Assembly (NCBI RefSeq): GCF_032116555.1
Contig: NZ_CP134951.1
Location: 124,001 to 188,000, forward strand
Length of the DNA stretch: 64,000 nucleotides
Source of the DNA: Halorarum halobium
GTDB taxonomy: Archaea; Halobacteriota; Halobacteria; Halobacteriales; Haloferacaceae
Direction: 5' to 3'
The notes under the pieces were generated by a model. That model did not search any database. It saw only the letters and a list, made by a program, of their open reading frames with translations, and was not told where the DNA came from. The translations under genes and the position numbers were made by a program. Shown piece after piece: positions 49,060 through 58,934 of this stretch. Position 1 is the first letter of the stretch. Each line of letters starts with the position of its first letter.

Positions 49060-50061
49060 TTACTCCGCCGCGTCCGCCGGGAGCGAGTCGGCGTACGTCC
49101 GGATCCTGTCGTCGGCGACGACCTCGAGCAGCAGGTCGTCCGGCAGGTGCTCGGCGAGCCGGCGCTTGCCGTCCTCGGCCCGCCCCTCGATCGTCTCCTG
49201 GTCGAGGTAGGCGTCGAGGCGGCGGTCGATCTCCCGCTCGCAGATCCGGTCGTACGGCTCCTCGGAGATGTCCACGCCGTCTGGGGCCTGCTCGGCGGCC
49301 CACTCGCGCCAGTGCTCGCGGACGCTCCCCTCGTCGTCGATCTCGCTCCGGCGGCGGAGCCAGTCCCAGTAGCCGTCGACCGGGTCCCAGTAGCCCTGCT
49401 CGCGCCGGCGGTCGCGGAGCAGTTCGCGCGCCACGCTGGCCCCGTGGCCGGCGGCGACGATGGCCTGGTCGGCCGCGCCCGCCATCGGCCCGGCGACGTA
49501 GAGCCCCTCGATCGGCGTCCGTCCGTCGTCGTCCGGGTACTCGCCGTCGAAGTGCTCGTGCTCCTCGCCGCCGTGCTCGTGCGTCTCGAACATCGCCGCC
49601 TCGTCGTCGAGCGGGCGCAGGTAGTCGGCGTCGTACTTCGTCGTCGCCACGACCGCCTCGGCCCGGACCGTCCGGCCCTCCTGGGTCTCGACGAGGAAGC
49701 CGCCCTCGTCCGCGCGCTCGACCCGCTCGACGAGGTCCGGGACGACCTCGCCGCCCGACTCGGCGACCTGGGCCTGGGCCAGGTCGGTGAACGTCCCGAC
49801 GTCGATGCCGGCGGGGAAGCCGAGGTAGTTCTCCAGGTACGCACAGCGGGCCAGCGAGGAGTTCCCGCGGTCGAACACGAGCGTCTCCAGCCCGTAGCGC
49901 GCGGCGAACACCGCCGCCGAACAGCCCGTCGGCCCGCCGCCGACGACGACCACGTCCGCGGACGCCTCGGACCCGTCCACGTCGGTCTGCTCGCCCGTGC
50001 TCCCCGCGGACGTCTCTGCCCCGTTCTCTCCGGTCGACTCGGCCCCGTCCGCGTCGCTCAC
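49060..50061 (-). CDS. FAD-dependent oxidoreductase (thioredoxin-reductase-like)
   Basis: VVVVGGGPTG, LENYLGFPAG, GRTPIEGLYVAG...QAIVAAGHG; GTG start inferred. Confidence 0.85.
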   Translation of the reverse strand: MSDADGAESTGENGAETSAGSTGEQTDVDGSEASADVVVVGGGPTGCSAAVFAARYGLETLVFDRGNSSLARCAYLENYLGFPAGIDVGTFTDLAQAQVAESGGEVVPDLVERVERADEGGFLVETQEGRTVRAEAVVATTKYDADYLRPLDDEAAMFETHEHGGEEHEHFDGEYPDDDGRTPIEGLYVAGPMAGAADQAIVAAGHGASVARELLRDRRREQGYWDPVDGYWDWLRRRSEIDDEGSVREHWREWAAEQAPDGVDISEEPYDRICEREIDRRLDAYLDQETIEGRAEDGKRRLAEHLPDDLLLEVVADDRIRTYADSLPADAAE

Positions 50062-50134
50062 GCCGACCACGCTCCCGGCCCCGCGATCCCGGAGGACGTC
50101 CGGCACCGCCGGCTCGTTCGGTTCGTCATGTGGA

Positions 50135-50148
50135 TTAGGCTCGCCTAA
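50135..50148. promoter_or_regulatory. DtxR/IdeR-type iron box
   Basis: Palindrome TTAGGC-TC-GCCTAA upstream of the minus-strand oxidoreductase/SBP-remnant unit. Confidence 0.75.
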
Positions 50149-50422
50149 AGGCTAATAACGGTTTTCGTGTCGGCCGGCCGGGTCGGTCGGACACGTCGGA
50201 CTGTCTCATCTATTCGGTTTAAGTGTGACACTCTCTCACGGACCGTTGGGTAAGCCCGGTTGACTGTCGGACTCGCCCACGCGGCCCCAGCGGGAGGGGA
50301 GCGCCCGTGGCGACACGGGCGCGATTTCCGTGCGACCGGTCGACGAGAGTTCCCGGGTTCGTGCCGCGGCGCGCACCCGTCCTACCGGGGAACTTATCAC
50401 TGACTGACCGTTCAGTTAGCCC

Positions 50423-51517
50423 GTGTCTTCCACGTCCGAGGCCATCCGCGTCGAGTCGCTTCGCAGGGAGTTCGACGCGACGACGGCCGTCGACGGCCTC
50501 TCGTTCGCCGTCGAGGAGGGCGAGCTGTTCGGCCTCCTCGGCCCCAACGGGGCGGGCAAGTCGACGCTCATCAACATGCTGTGTACGCTCCTGGCGCCCA
50601 CCGGCGGGACCGCCTCGGTCGCCGGCCACGACGTGCGGACCGACACGGCCGGCGTCCGCGACAGCATCGGCATCGTGTTCCAGGAGCCGGCGCTCGACGA
50701 GGAACTGACCGCCGAGGAGAACCTCGCCTTCCACGCCCGGCTGTACGGGCTCGACCGGGCCGAGCGCGCCGAACGCATCGGCGAGGTGCTCGCGCTCGTG
50801 GACCTCGTGGACGAGCGGGACACGCTCGTCAAGCAGTTCTCCGACGGCATGAAGCGCCGCCTGGAGATCGCGCGGGGACTCGTCCACCGGCCCGCCGTGC
50901 TGTTCCTCGACGAGCCGACGCTCGGACTCGACGCCGGAACCAGACGCGACACCTGGGCGTACATCCGCCGGTTGAACGACGAGGCCGGCGTGACGGTGGT
51001 GCTGACGACCCACTACATGGACGAGGCCGACCAGCTCTGTGACCGGGTCGCCGTCGTCGATTCGGGCCGCATCGTCGCGCTCGACGCGCCGCAGGCGCTG
51101 AAGGACGACCTCGGCGGCGACGTGATCTCGGTCGAACTGGCCGACGGCGACGACGCCGACCGTCTCACGGCCGCGTTGCGCGACCGTCCCTGGGTGGCGA
51201 GCGTCGAGGAGACGGCCGACGGGCTCGCCGTGACCGTCGAGCGCGGCGAGACGAAGATTCCCGCGCTCGTGGGCGTCGCCGCCGACGTCGGCGCGACCGT
51301 CACCGCCGTCGGCCTCCACTCGCCGACGCTGGAGACGGTGTTCCTCTCGCTCACCGGCACCACGATGGCCGAATCCGCCGAACCGGACGCGTCCTCAGAG
51401 GCGTCCGAGTCGGATGATTCCGGGAGTTTGGAGCGTTCGGACAGTTTTGACGGGCGGGACGGCCGGGTCGGCCGCGACGGGGCGACGGCCGCGACCGCCG
51501 CGGAGGGAGACGAATGA
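50423..51517 (+). CDS. ABC exporter ATP-binding protein (DrrA-like)
   Basis: GPNGAGKST, LDEPTLGLD, LTTHYMDEAD.LCDR. Confidence 0.92.
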   Translation: MSSTSEAIRVESLRREFDATTAVDGLSFAVEEGELFGLLGPNGAGKSTLINMLCTLLAPTGGTASVAGHDVRTDTAGVRDSIGIVFQEPALDEELTAEENLAFHARLYGLDRAERAERIGEVLALVDLVDERDTLVKQFSDGMKRRLEIARGLVHRPAVLFLDEPTLGLDAGTRRDTWAYIRRLNDEAGVTVVLTTHYMDEADQLCDRVAVVDSGRIVALDAPQALKDDLGGDVISVELADGDDADRLTAALRDRPWVASVEETADGLAVTVERGETKIPALVGVAADVGATVTAVGLHSPTLETVFLSLTGTTMAESAEPDASSEASESDDSGSLERSDSFDGRDGRVGRDGATAATAAEGDE

Positions 51518-52284
51518 GTCTCGTCGAACCGGGCGCGATCTACGCGCTCTGGCTCCGGGACGTGAAGCGGTTCGTGCGGTCGCCCTCGCGGGTCGTCGGC
51601 TCGCTGCTGACGCCGCTGCTGTTCCTCGTCTTCCTCGGCTCGGGACTGAGCGGCGCGCGCATCCCCGGGATGCCGGAGGGGGTCGACTACCTCCAGTACC
51701 TCGTGCCGGGCATCGCCGGGTTCGCCATGCTGTTCGGGGCCTCGTTCGCCGGGCTGTCGATCCTCGCCGACCGGGACGTCGGCTTCCTCAAGGAGATCCT
51801 CGTCGCGCCGGTGAGCCGCACCTCCATCGTGCTCGGCTGGATCGCCGGCGGGTCGACGACCGCGTTCGTCCAGGGGAGCCTCATCATCCTGCTGTCCATC
51901 CCGCTCGGCTTCCGGGTGCAGAGCCCGCTCTCGCTCCCGCTCGCGGGGGTCGTGCTGGTGCTGCTGGCGACGACGTTCGTCGGCTTCGGCATCGCGCTCG
52001 CGTCCGGGTTCAAGGACAGCCAGGGGTTCGGGCTCATCATCCAGTTCGTCATCTTCCCGCTCTTTCTCCTCTCGGGGGCGCTGTTCCCGCTCTCGGGGCT
52101 GCCGACGCCGGTGCAGTACCTCGCGCTGGCGAACCCGCTGACCTACGGCGTCGACGCGCTGCGGGGCGTCCTCATCGGCACGTCGACGTACCCGCTGGCG
52201 CTGGATTTCGCCGCGCTCGCCGCCTCCGCGACCGTCATGGTGGCGCTCGGGGCCGCGCTGTTCGAGCGCGTCGAGGCTGTGTAG
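51514..52284 (+). CDS. ABC-2 permease (DrrB-like)
   Basis: DRDVGFLKEILVAPVSR, LSGALFP, NPLTYGVDALR. Confidence 0.92.
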   Translation: MSLVEPGAIYALWLRDVKRFVRSPSRVVGSLLTPLLFLVFLGSGLSGARIPGMPEGVDYLQYLVPGIAGFAMLFGASFAGLSILADRDVGFLKEILVAPVSRTSIVLGWIAGGSTTAFVQGSLIILLSIPLGFRVQSPLSLPLAGVVLVLLATTFVGFGIALASGFKDSQGFGLIIQFVIFPLFLLSGALFPLSGLPTPVQYLALANPLTYGVDALRGVLIGTSTYPLALDFAALAASATVMVALGAALFERVEAV

Positions 52285-52317
52285 CGGGGCCGGACGCGAC
52301 AGTCTCGGTTGCGAGGT

Positions 52318-52332
52318 GGGTGGGTGGGTGGG
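52318..52332 (+). repeat. (GGGT)3GGG microsatellite / G-quadruplex motif
   Basis: GGGTGGGTGGGTGGG between convergent genes. Confidence 0.7.
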
Positions 52333-52397
52333 TAAATGCGGAGTGAGCGAGCGCGACACGGTCGGCGAGGGTGTACCGCAGTTGCCGAACTCTCCCC

Positions 52398-53306
52398 TCA
52401 GCCGAACGCGGTGATGACCCCGATTCCGACGACCACGCCGGTCGCGGCGACGCCGAGTTTCCAGGTCACGCGCTCCAGCCTGCTCGGCATGAACAGCGAC
52501 GAGAGCACGACGACGAACAGCGTGTTCGTGATGATGACCGGCGTGACGACGCTCACGGGTGCGATCTCCAGGGCGACGTAGTAGCCGACCAGAAACAGCG
52601 TGTTCGAGAGCCCCGCGAGCACGAACCAGCGCATGTCGGCCGAGCGGAACGTCGATCGGGCCGGGAGCCCTCCGCGGAACCTGAGATAGAGAACCAGTCC
52701 GAGGATGGCGGCGACGGTCTTGACGACCAGGCCGACCGGGGCCGGCGTCCCGGCGGCGAACCCGAACTTGGCGAAGACGGGTTCCATGCCGTACGCGACC
52801 GCCGCGGCGACGGGGATCAGGAGCCCGAGCGAGAGCTCCCGCCGCGAGAGGTCGTCCGGGTTCTCGTGGTTCGTCTCCCACGCGATGACGACGATGCCGA
52901 CGACGACGAGCGCGATGCCGACCGCGTGGATCGCGGACAGCGCCTCGTCGAGGAACACGACGCCGGCGACCGTCGAGACGAGCGCCCAGGCGGCGACGAT
53001 GGGTGCGGTCCTGCTCGCGCCGATCCGCTCGATGCTGGTGTAGCTCAGGATGCGGCCGAGCATCGTGCCGACCATCCCCGCCGCGGCGAAGGAGAGCCAC
53101 GAGACGGGGGTGAGTCCGTAGTCGGGGTAGTAGAGGACCGCGACCGAGGGCAGGAGGACGAGCACGTTCACCGCGATGACGACGACGACCGCGTCGGTCG
53201 CCCGGCCCTCGTCGGTCCCCTTCCGGACGAAGAGGTTCTGGGCGGCGATGCCGAGCGCCGCCACGAGCGAGACGAGCACGGCGACGAGCGTCGTTACGTC
53301 TACCAT
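52398..53306 (-). CDS. DMT/EamA family transporter
   Basis: 10 TM, IERIGASRTAP, FLDEAL, APVSVVTP. Confidence 0.9.
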   Translation of the reverse strand: MVDVTTLVAVLVSLVAALGIAAQNLFVRKGTDEGRATDAVVVVIAVNVLVLLPSVAVLYYPDYGLTPVSWLSFAAAGMVGTMLGRILSYTSIERIGASRTAPIVAAWALVSTVAGVVFLDEALSAIHAVGIALVVVGIVVIAWETNHENPDDLSRRELSLGLLIPVAAAVAYGMEPVFAKFGFAAGTPAPVGLVVKTVAAILGLVLYLRFRGGLPARSTFRSADMRWFVLAGLSNTLFLVGYYVALEIAPVSVVTPVIITNTLFVVVLSSLFMPSRLERVTWKLGVAATGVVVGIGVITAFG

Positions 53307-53423
53307 CGGATGTGTGCGTGAGGTTCGGGTTGTTCCGGTCCGGACATGAGCGGTTCGATTCCGGTGATTTGGCTGCTATGGGTGCATCGCGTTCGGTGGA
53401 GTCCCGGGTGTCGTGACGACCGG

Positions 53424-53897
53424 CTCGAAAGCCCCCGACTGGCTACGCTCCCGCGGCACGCTCTGTGCTCCTCGCGCTCCCTCCGGTCGCGCTGTGGTGC
53501 TTGAGGCGCCGGGGTTCGCGTAGCCAGCCGACCCTTTCAGTCCCACCCACCGCACCTCGCCCTCCCCAGCCTCCTGCGCTCCTCGCCTTCGGCTGCGGTG
53601 CTCGTCCCTCGCACGAGCGGCCGCGCGCCACGTAGCCCGTCCAGCCGAGTGCGGTCGGCGCGCGTGTCGGCGAGCCCCGCAGGGGCGAGCAGACGCGCGC
53701 GAGGGGTGAGCGAGGAGCGGAGCGACGAGCGAATCGGCTGGGGAGGCGTGTGGCTGTGCGGTGCGGTCGTGGTGGGTGGGACTGAAAGGGGCCGGCGCTC
53801 TCGGGGACGGCGGACGACGCAAGCACCACAGCGCGAGCGGAGCGAGCGCGAGGAGCGCAGCGAGGCCCCCGACCCGAGAGCGCCGGGGGCTTTCGAG
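53424..53897. repeat. Large imperfect palindromic intergenic element (REP/MITE-like)
   Basis: Nested inverted pairs: CTCGAAAGCCCCCG/CGGGGGCTTTCGAG, GCGCTGTGGTGCTTG/CAAGCACCACAGCGC, CCCTTTCAGTCCCACCCA/TGGGTGGGACTGAAAGGG, CCTCCCCAGCC/GGCTGGGGAGG. Confidence 0.85.
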
Positions 53898-53989
53898 GCG
53901 TGCGTCACAATGACCGAACCAACTCTCGCGGTCGCCACGAAACATCCCACGCGATACATTCCAACAAGTAACGGAATGTCGACCCAGAA

Positions 53990-54388
53990 TCACTCCCCGT
54001 GCGGAACCGAGAGCACCACGGCCTCCCCGGACACGACCCGCTCGTCGTCGACGAACGCGACCGTCTCCACGCGAACCCGGTCGCCGCCGACGTGTTCGAC
54101 CACCTCCACCTCGGCCCGGACCGTCGCCCCCGGCCGGACCGGGTTCTCGAACGAGAGGTCCTGCGAGAGGTAGATGATGTCGCCCGGGAGCGTCGCCAGC
54201 GCGGCGCTCACCACCCCGGCCGAAAACATCCCGTGGGCGATACGGCCGCCGAACGTCGTCTCCCCGGCGTACGCCTCGTCCAGATGAATGGGGTTGTGGT
54301 CGCCCGTGAGGTCGGCGTAGGCGTCGATGTCGGCGGCGGTGACCGCGCGCTCGGCGCTCGCCGCGTCGCCGACTGCTGCGATGGGCAT
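53990..54388 (-). CDS. MaoC family (R)-hydratase/dehydratase
   Basis: LTGDHNPIHLD...FGGRIAHGM, SQDLSFENPV; start ATG 54388. Confidence 0.92.
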   Translation of the reverse strand: MPIAAVGDAASAERAVTAADIDAYADLTGDHNPIHLDEAYAGETTFGGRIAHGMFSAGVVSAALATLPGDIIYLSQDLSFENPVRPGATVRAEVEVVEHVGGDRVRVETVAFVDDERVVSGEAVVLSVPHGE

Positions 54389-54420
54389 ACTCCCTCCTCC
54401 GCCCCGGCGGCGAAAAACGA

Positions 54421-54437
54421 CCGGGTTAACATGTGAA
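54421..54437 (-). promoter_or_regulatory. Operator TTCACATGTTAACCCGG (copy 1)
   Basis: Exact reverse complement of 60257-60273; lies in the maoC/hydrolase divergent gap. Confidence 0.75.
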
Positions 54438-54475
54438 GTGCGCCCTTGAAGGCGGAGCGTCGTGACCACCCGGCC

Positions 54476-55285
54476 ATGCCGAGAGCGGACAACGACGGCG
54501 TGGCGCTCGTCTACGAGGAGCGGGGGCGCGAGGCCGCCGACGCGGGGACCGTCGTCCTCTGTGAGGGGCTGGGCTACGGCCGGTGGATGTGGAACTGGCA
54601 GGCCGAGGCGCTCGCGGACGACTACCACCTCCTCCTCTGGGACAACCGCGGCACCGGGGAGTCCGACGAGCCAGAGGGACCCTACTCCATCCCCGAGATG
54701 GCGGCCGACCTGGAGGCCGTCCTCGCCGACGCCGGCGTCGACGAGGCGCACGTCGTCGGCGCGAGCATGGGCGGGATGGTCGCCCAGCGCTACGCGCTCG
54801 AGTACGACCGGGCCGCCTCGCTCGCCCTGCTCTGCACCTCGCCGGGCGGTCCCGACGCCCACCCGACGCCCGAGTCCACGATGGCACGGATGCTGTCGGT
54901 GCCCGAGGACGCCGACGAGCGCGAGACCATCCGCTACCGAATGGCCCCCGCGATGACCGACGAGTTCGTCGAGTCCAACGACGCGCTGGTCTCGGACGTC
55001 GTCGACTGGCGGCTGGCCTCGGACGCGTCCGAGGCTGCCCGCGAGGCGCAGGTCGCCGCCGTGGCCGCCTTCGACGCGAGCGACGAACTCGGCGAGGTGG
55101 ACGTCCCGGTCCTGCTCGCACACGGCACCGCGGACGAGGTGGTTCCGGTCGAGAACACGGAATTGCTCGCCGAGCGGCTCCCCCACGCGACCGTCGAGTA
55201 CGTCGAGGACGGCCCGCACCTGTTCTTCATCGAGGACGCGGCGCGCGTGAACGACATGCTCTCGACGTTCCTCGCCGATGCGTGA
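54476..55285 (+). CDS. Alpha/beta hydrolase
   Basis: DNRGTGES, GASMGG nucleophile elbow, HGTADEVVP, GPH. Confidence 0.92.
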   Translation: MPRADNDGVALVYEERGREAADAGTVVLCEGLGYGRWMWNWQAEALADDYHLLLWDNRGTGESDEPEGPYSIPEMAADLEAVLADAGVDEAHVVGASMGGMVAQRYALEYDRAASLALLCTSPGGPDAHPTPESTMARMLSVPEDADERETIRYRMAPAMTDEFVESNDALVSDVVDWRLASDASEAAREAQVAAVAAFDASDELGEVDVPVLLAHGTADEVVPVENTELLAERLPHATVEYVEDGPHLFFIEDAARVNDMLSTFLADA

Positions 55286-56969
55286 GTTCGCGCCGGCCCC
55301 GCCGGCGAACGAGTGGGTGGGCGACTGGAGCGCCCGCCGCGCCCGCCTCTCGCCCGAGAAAGTGGGGCTCGTGGACGCGACGAGCGGCGCGGAGTTCACC
55401 TACGCCGAACTGGACGAGCGCGCGAACCGGACCGCCCGCCTGCTCCGCGAACGCAGCGTCGACAGGGGCGACCGGGTCGCGGTCGTCTCGCGCAACCGGC
55501 CCGAACTCGTCGACCTGTTCTTCGCGACCGGGAAGCTCGGCGCGGTGCTCGCGCCGCTCTCCCACCGGCTCGCGCCGCCCGAACTCGCCGAACTGCTCGA
55601 CGCCGTCGACGCCGCGCTGCTCGTCGTGGAGGACGAGTTCGCCGACCTCGTGGGCGACGGAGCGGGCGACTCCGGCGGCGAACCGGCGGCCGAGCTCGCG
55701 GCCGGTGACGCCGGCACGCTCCCCGACGGGCTGGTCGTCGGCGACGACGCGGAATCGGTCGCGGGGGCCGCGGCCGACCTCGCGGGCGAGGCGGCCGACG
55801 ACGTGGACGGCTGGGCCGACGCGCTCCCGGCCGACGGCTCCCCGGTCGAGCGCCCCGACGTGGCGATGGACGACCCGCACCTGTTCCTCCACACCGGCGG
55901 CTCGACCGGCGTCCCGAAGGAGACGATCATCCCCCACCGCGCGGTGCTGTGGAACTCGTTCAACACCATCACCGCGTGGGGGCTCCGGCCCGAGGACGCC
56001 ACGCCGATGACGTTCCCGATGTTCCACACCGGCGGCTGGAACGTGATCACCGTCCCGCTGTTCCACCTCGGGGGCACCGTCGTCATCGCCCGCGACTTCG
56101 ACGCCGGCGAGGTGCTCGGCATCGTGGACGAACGCGACGCGAGCGTCCTCGTCGCCGTCCCGGCGGTGCTGCGGATGATGGCCGACCACGGCGACTGGCC
56201 CGACACGGACCTCTCGTCGCTCCGGGTGGCCAAGTCCGGCGGCGGCCCCTGCCGGGGGTCGGTCATCGACGCCTGGCGCGAGCGCGGCGTCGACCTCTCG
56301 CAGGGGTACGGGCTGACCGAGTGCGGCCCGAACAACTTCTCCATGCCCGACGGCTGGGACCGCGAGAAGACGGACGCGGTCGGCGTGCCCGCGATGCACG
56401 TCGACGCCCGCGTCGTCGACGGCGACGGCGACCCGCTCCCGGACGGCGAGGTCGGCGAACTCGAACTCTCCGGCCCGCACGCGGCCGACGGCTACTGGCG
56501 GAACCCGGCCGAGAGCGGGGCGACGTTCGGCGCCCGGAGCGACGGCGCCACGGATGGCGATGACGGGTCGGCCGACGCCGGGGGCGACGCGGCCGGGTGG
56601 GTGTCGACGGGCGACCTCGCCCGCGTCGACGCCGACGGCTACTACCACATCGAGGGCCGGGAGAAGAACATGTTCGTCAGCGGCGGCGAGAACGTCTACC
56701 CGCCCGAGGTTGAGGACGTCCTCGCCGACCACCCGGCCGTCGACGACGTGGTCGTCGTCGGCGTCCCCAACGAGGAGTGGGGGACGGTCGGCCTCGCGGT
56801 CGTCGAGGGCGACGAGTCGCTGACGCTCGCGGCGCTCCGCGAGTTCTGTGACGGCCGGCTGGCGCGGTTCAAACACCCCCGCGACCTGGCGTTCGTCGGG
56901 GGACTCCCCACGTCCGGCCCGTCGAAGATCGATCGCGTGGCGGTGCGGGAACGCTTCGGCGACGGCTAG
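55278..56969 (+). CDS. Acyl-CoA synthetase (AMP-binding)
   Basis: HTGGSTGVPK, QGYGLTE, TGDL, GREKNMFVSGGENVYP, SKID. Confidence 0.93.
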   Translation: MREFAPAPPANEWVGDWSARRARLSPEKVGLVDATSGAEFTYAELDERANRTARLLRERSVDRGDRVAVVSRNRPELVDLFFATGKLGAVLAPLSHRLAPPELAELLDAVDAALLVVEDEFADLVGDGAGDSGGEPAAELAAGDAGTLPDGLVVGDDAESVAGAAADLAGEAADDVDGWADALPADGSPVERPDVAMDDPHLFLHTGGSTGVPKETIIPHRAVLWNSFNTITAWGLRPEDATPMTFPMFHTGGWNVITVPLFHLGGTVVIARDFDAGEVLGIVDERDASVLVAVPAVLRMMADHGDWPDTDLSSLRVAKSGGGPCRGSVIDAWRERGVDLSQGYGLTECGPNNFSMPDGWDREKTDAVGVPAMHVDARVVDGDGDPLPDGEVGELELSGPHAADGYWRNPAESGATFGARSDGATDGDDGSADAGGDAAGWVSTGDLARVDADGYYHIEGREKNMFVSGGENVYPPEVEDVLADHPAVDDVVVVGVPNEEWGTVGLAVVEGDESLTLAALREFCDGRLARFKHPRDLAFVGGLPTSGPSKIDRVAVRERFGDG

Positions 56970-57099
56970 ACTGGTCGGCGACGCCACGGGCTCACGCCCG
57001 CGCCGTCGACGCCGTCGAGCGGTGATTGGCCGCGGACGGGAGAGACGCCGCGGGCAGTCGAGACGCACGGGGCGACCGAGACGTCCCGGGAGGGACGGC

Positions 57100-57321
57100 C
57101 TACGGGTCCCGACGTGACTCCTCGATCCCGGTCAGCGCACGGAACGCGAACATCAGTCCCGGGCCGATCTCGGCGCGGATGGGCGGGAGCGACGGCGAGT
57201 CGTCGGAGCTGATCGAGTGTCCGGTCTCCCTGGCGTGGTCGATGGCGCGCTCGGAGGAGTCGGTTCCCGTCCGGTCGGCCGAATCGCGGCTCGACCACTC
57301 GCAGTCGAGACAGTACTTCAT
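57100..57321 (-). CDS. Small C2H2-type zinc-finger protein
   Basis: CLDCEW...AIDHARETGH. Confidence 0.7.
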   Translation of the reverse strand: MKYCLDCEWSSRDSADRTGTDSSERAIDHARETGHSISSDDSPSLPPIRAEIGPGLMFAFRALTGIEESRRDP

Positions 57322-57626
57322 TCGGACGCGGCGTCGTTGCGGGCGTCTTCGAGCGGGTCGATGGCCTCCGGTAACGACGCACGGTCCGTCCGGTTCGGGT
57401 CCGTCGGGCCTGCGGGCTCGCGGACGGTCGTCGCGGACGGCGGCGTGCCGTCCGCCTGGGGGGTCTGGCCGGAACGGTCCACATCACGCGTTCCGCGCGC
57501 TATCGGTTAAGGGCGGGGAAAAATCTCTCGGCGCAGCCGCTGAACGGAAGGCCGAATCCGTGCGGAGTCGTCGAGTCGTGGCTCGAACCGGCAGTCACCC
57601 CGTTCGAGCGGGCGGGCGGGAGCGAG

Positions 57627-57974
57627 TCACGCGGTCTCGGCCTCGGTCACCCCTCGAACCGTCCTCAGGACGGAGACCGCGCGGTCGAACACGGGACCGG
57701 TCCGGACGCTGTCGTCCGCCGGGTCGTGTTCCACGACCGCCGCGTCGGCCAGTTTGGGGAGGTGGTTGTGGTGGATCCGGATCCTGACCGAGTGGAGTTG
57801 TTCGGTCGAGAGCTCCCGAATCGGGGTCTCGTGGAGCCGCTTGGCCACGTGTTCGACCAGCGTCGAGACCGGGAGGGCCCGGTCGACTTCGTCGAGCACT
57901 TCGAGGAGGTGCCGCCGCTGGGCGGTGTCGAGCAGCCGGTGCAGGTCGTCGACCTGACGTGGCCCTTCGACCAT
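57627..57974 (-). CDS. DUF7344-like winged-helix protein
   Basis: RRHLL...HHNHLPKLADAAVV. Confidence 0.75.
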   Translation of the reverse strand: MVEGPRQVDDLHRLLDTAQRRHLLEVLDEVDRALPVSTLVEHVAKRLHETPIRELSTEQLHSVRIRIHHNHLPKLADAAVVEHDPADDSVRTGPVFDRAVSVLRTVRGVTEAETA

Positions 57975-58019
57975 ACCGTATCGAGCCGGCCCGGCCGGAG
58001 GAACCCTCGCCCTGAAATT

Positions 58020-58703
58020 TCAGTCGTTTATCCCGGAGACCGGCGTGTCCTCCGAGGGCGGGGCGATCGTGAGCGCGTTGGCGATCCAGGTCTGGTTGGC
58101 CCGTCGCAGCCGCCCCGACAGCGACTGGGCCGAGATGCCCAGCTCGTCCGCCACCTCCGTCAGCGTCGCCTCGCGGGGCGTCTCGAAGTAGCCCGCCTCC
58201 CAGGCGGTGACGAGCGCGTCGTGCTGCTTCTGGGTCAGCCCGTACTTGACGCCGCTCTGCGGGTTCGAGATGTCGTAGAGCCGGCGGAGTTCGAACGAGA
58301 TCTCGTTCGCCTGGCAGTACTCGCGGAAGTCGGTGAGCCGTTCGTGGCTGTCGAAGCGGATGCGGAGCTCCCACTGGTCGTTCTCGCCTTTCGCCTCGAG
58401 GATGGTCGCGCCGACGTTCGTGTAGGCGTACGCGATCGCCTCCGTGTTCTCGGTCCACTCGGCCCGGTAGAGCGCGGACTCGTCGAACTCGTCGAGCTTC
58501 CGGAGGCGCTGGACCGACGGGTCCTCCGCGACCGCCGCCTCGAACGCGTCGAACTCCGTGACCGAGACCCAGAAGTACGGGGTGAGCAGTTCGCGGCTCG
58601 CGACGACGCGCTCGATGTCGATGACGGCGTCGGGGACCGACTGCAGGGTCCGGTTGAGCGCGAACGCGTCCGAGGGGACGAGGAACTCGCCGAAGAGAGT
58701 CAC
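58020..58703 (-). CDS. HTH_10 (Bat-type) regulator
   Basis: GLTQKQHDAL..A...GYFETPRE.TLTEVA...SGRLRR; GTG start inferred. Confidence 0.88.
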   Translation of the reverse strand: MTLFGEFLVPSDAFALNRTLQSVPDAVIDIERVVASRELLTPYFWVSVTEFDAFEAAVAEDPSVQRLRKLDEFDESALYRAEWTENTEAIAYAYTNVGATILEAKGENDQWELRIRFDSHERLTDFREYCQANEISFELRRLYDISNPQSGVKYGLTQKQHDALVTAWEAGYFETPREATLTEVADELGISAQSLSGRLRRANQTWIANALTIAPPSEDTPVSGIND

Positions 58704-58934
58704 GGCTCCAGTTCGGCGTCGACCGACAAAAACTGCCGGGCGGGCCGGCCGCCTCGGCGACGAGCCTCGGACCTCAGGCGACGCGATTCGGCGGCTTCGC
58801 GGGCCACGCGTGCCGACGATGGCACACGACCCGGCGGAACTACCGGCAATAGTTACAGACTGTTCGCCGTGGACGGAACCGTAAACCGTATTACCGGCCC
58901 AACGAGAGGTTCGCGCCAACCCGAGTGAACGACC

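Noticed and set aside
48820..50106. SBP fragment is in frame with the oxidoreductase TAA stop (readthrough fusion?)
   Set aside because: One-in-three coincidence; the intervening codons show no SBP similarity and a hairpin-like cgaaagggcc...tttcg follows the stop
50831..50856. ABC signature reads FSDGM instead of FSGGM
   Set aside because: Single substitution at a variable signature position; all other motifs intact, so not called a pseudogene
53376..54173. Several ORFs over the palindromic element
   Set aside because: Composition unlike halophile proteins; explained by the non-coding repeat
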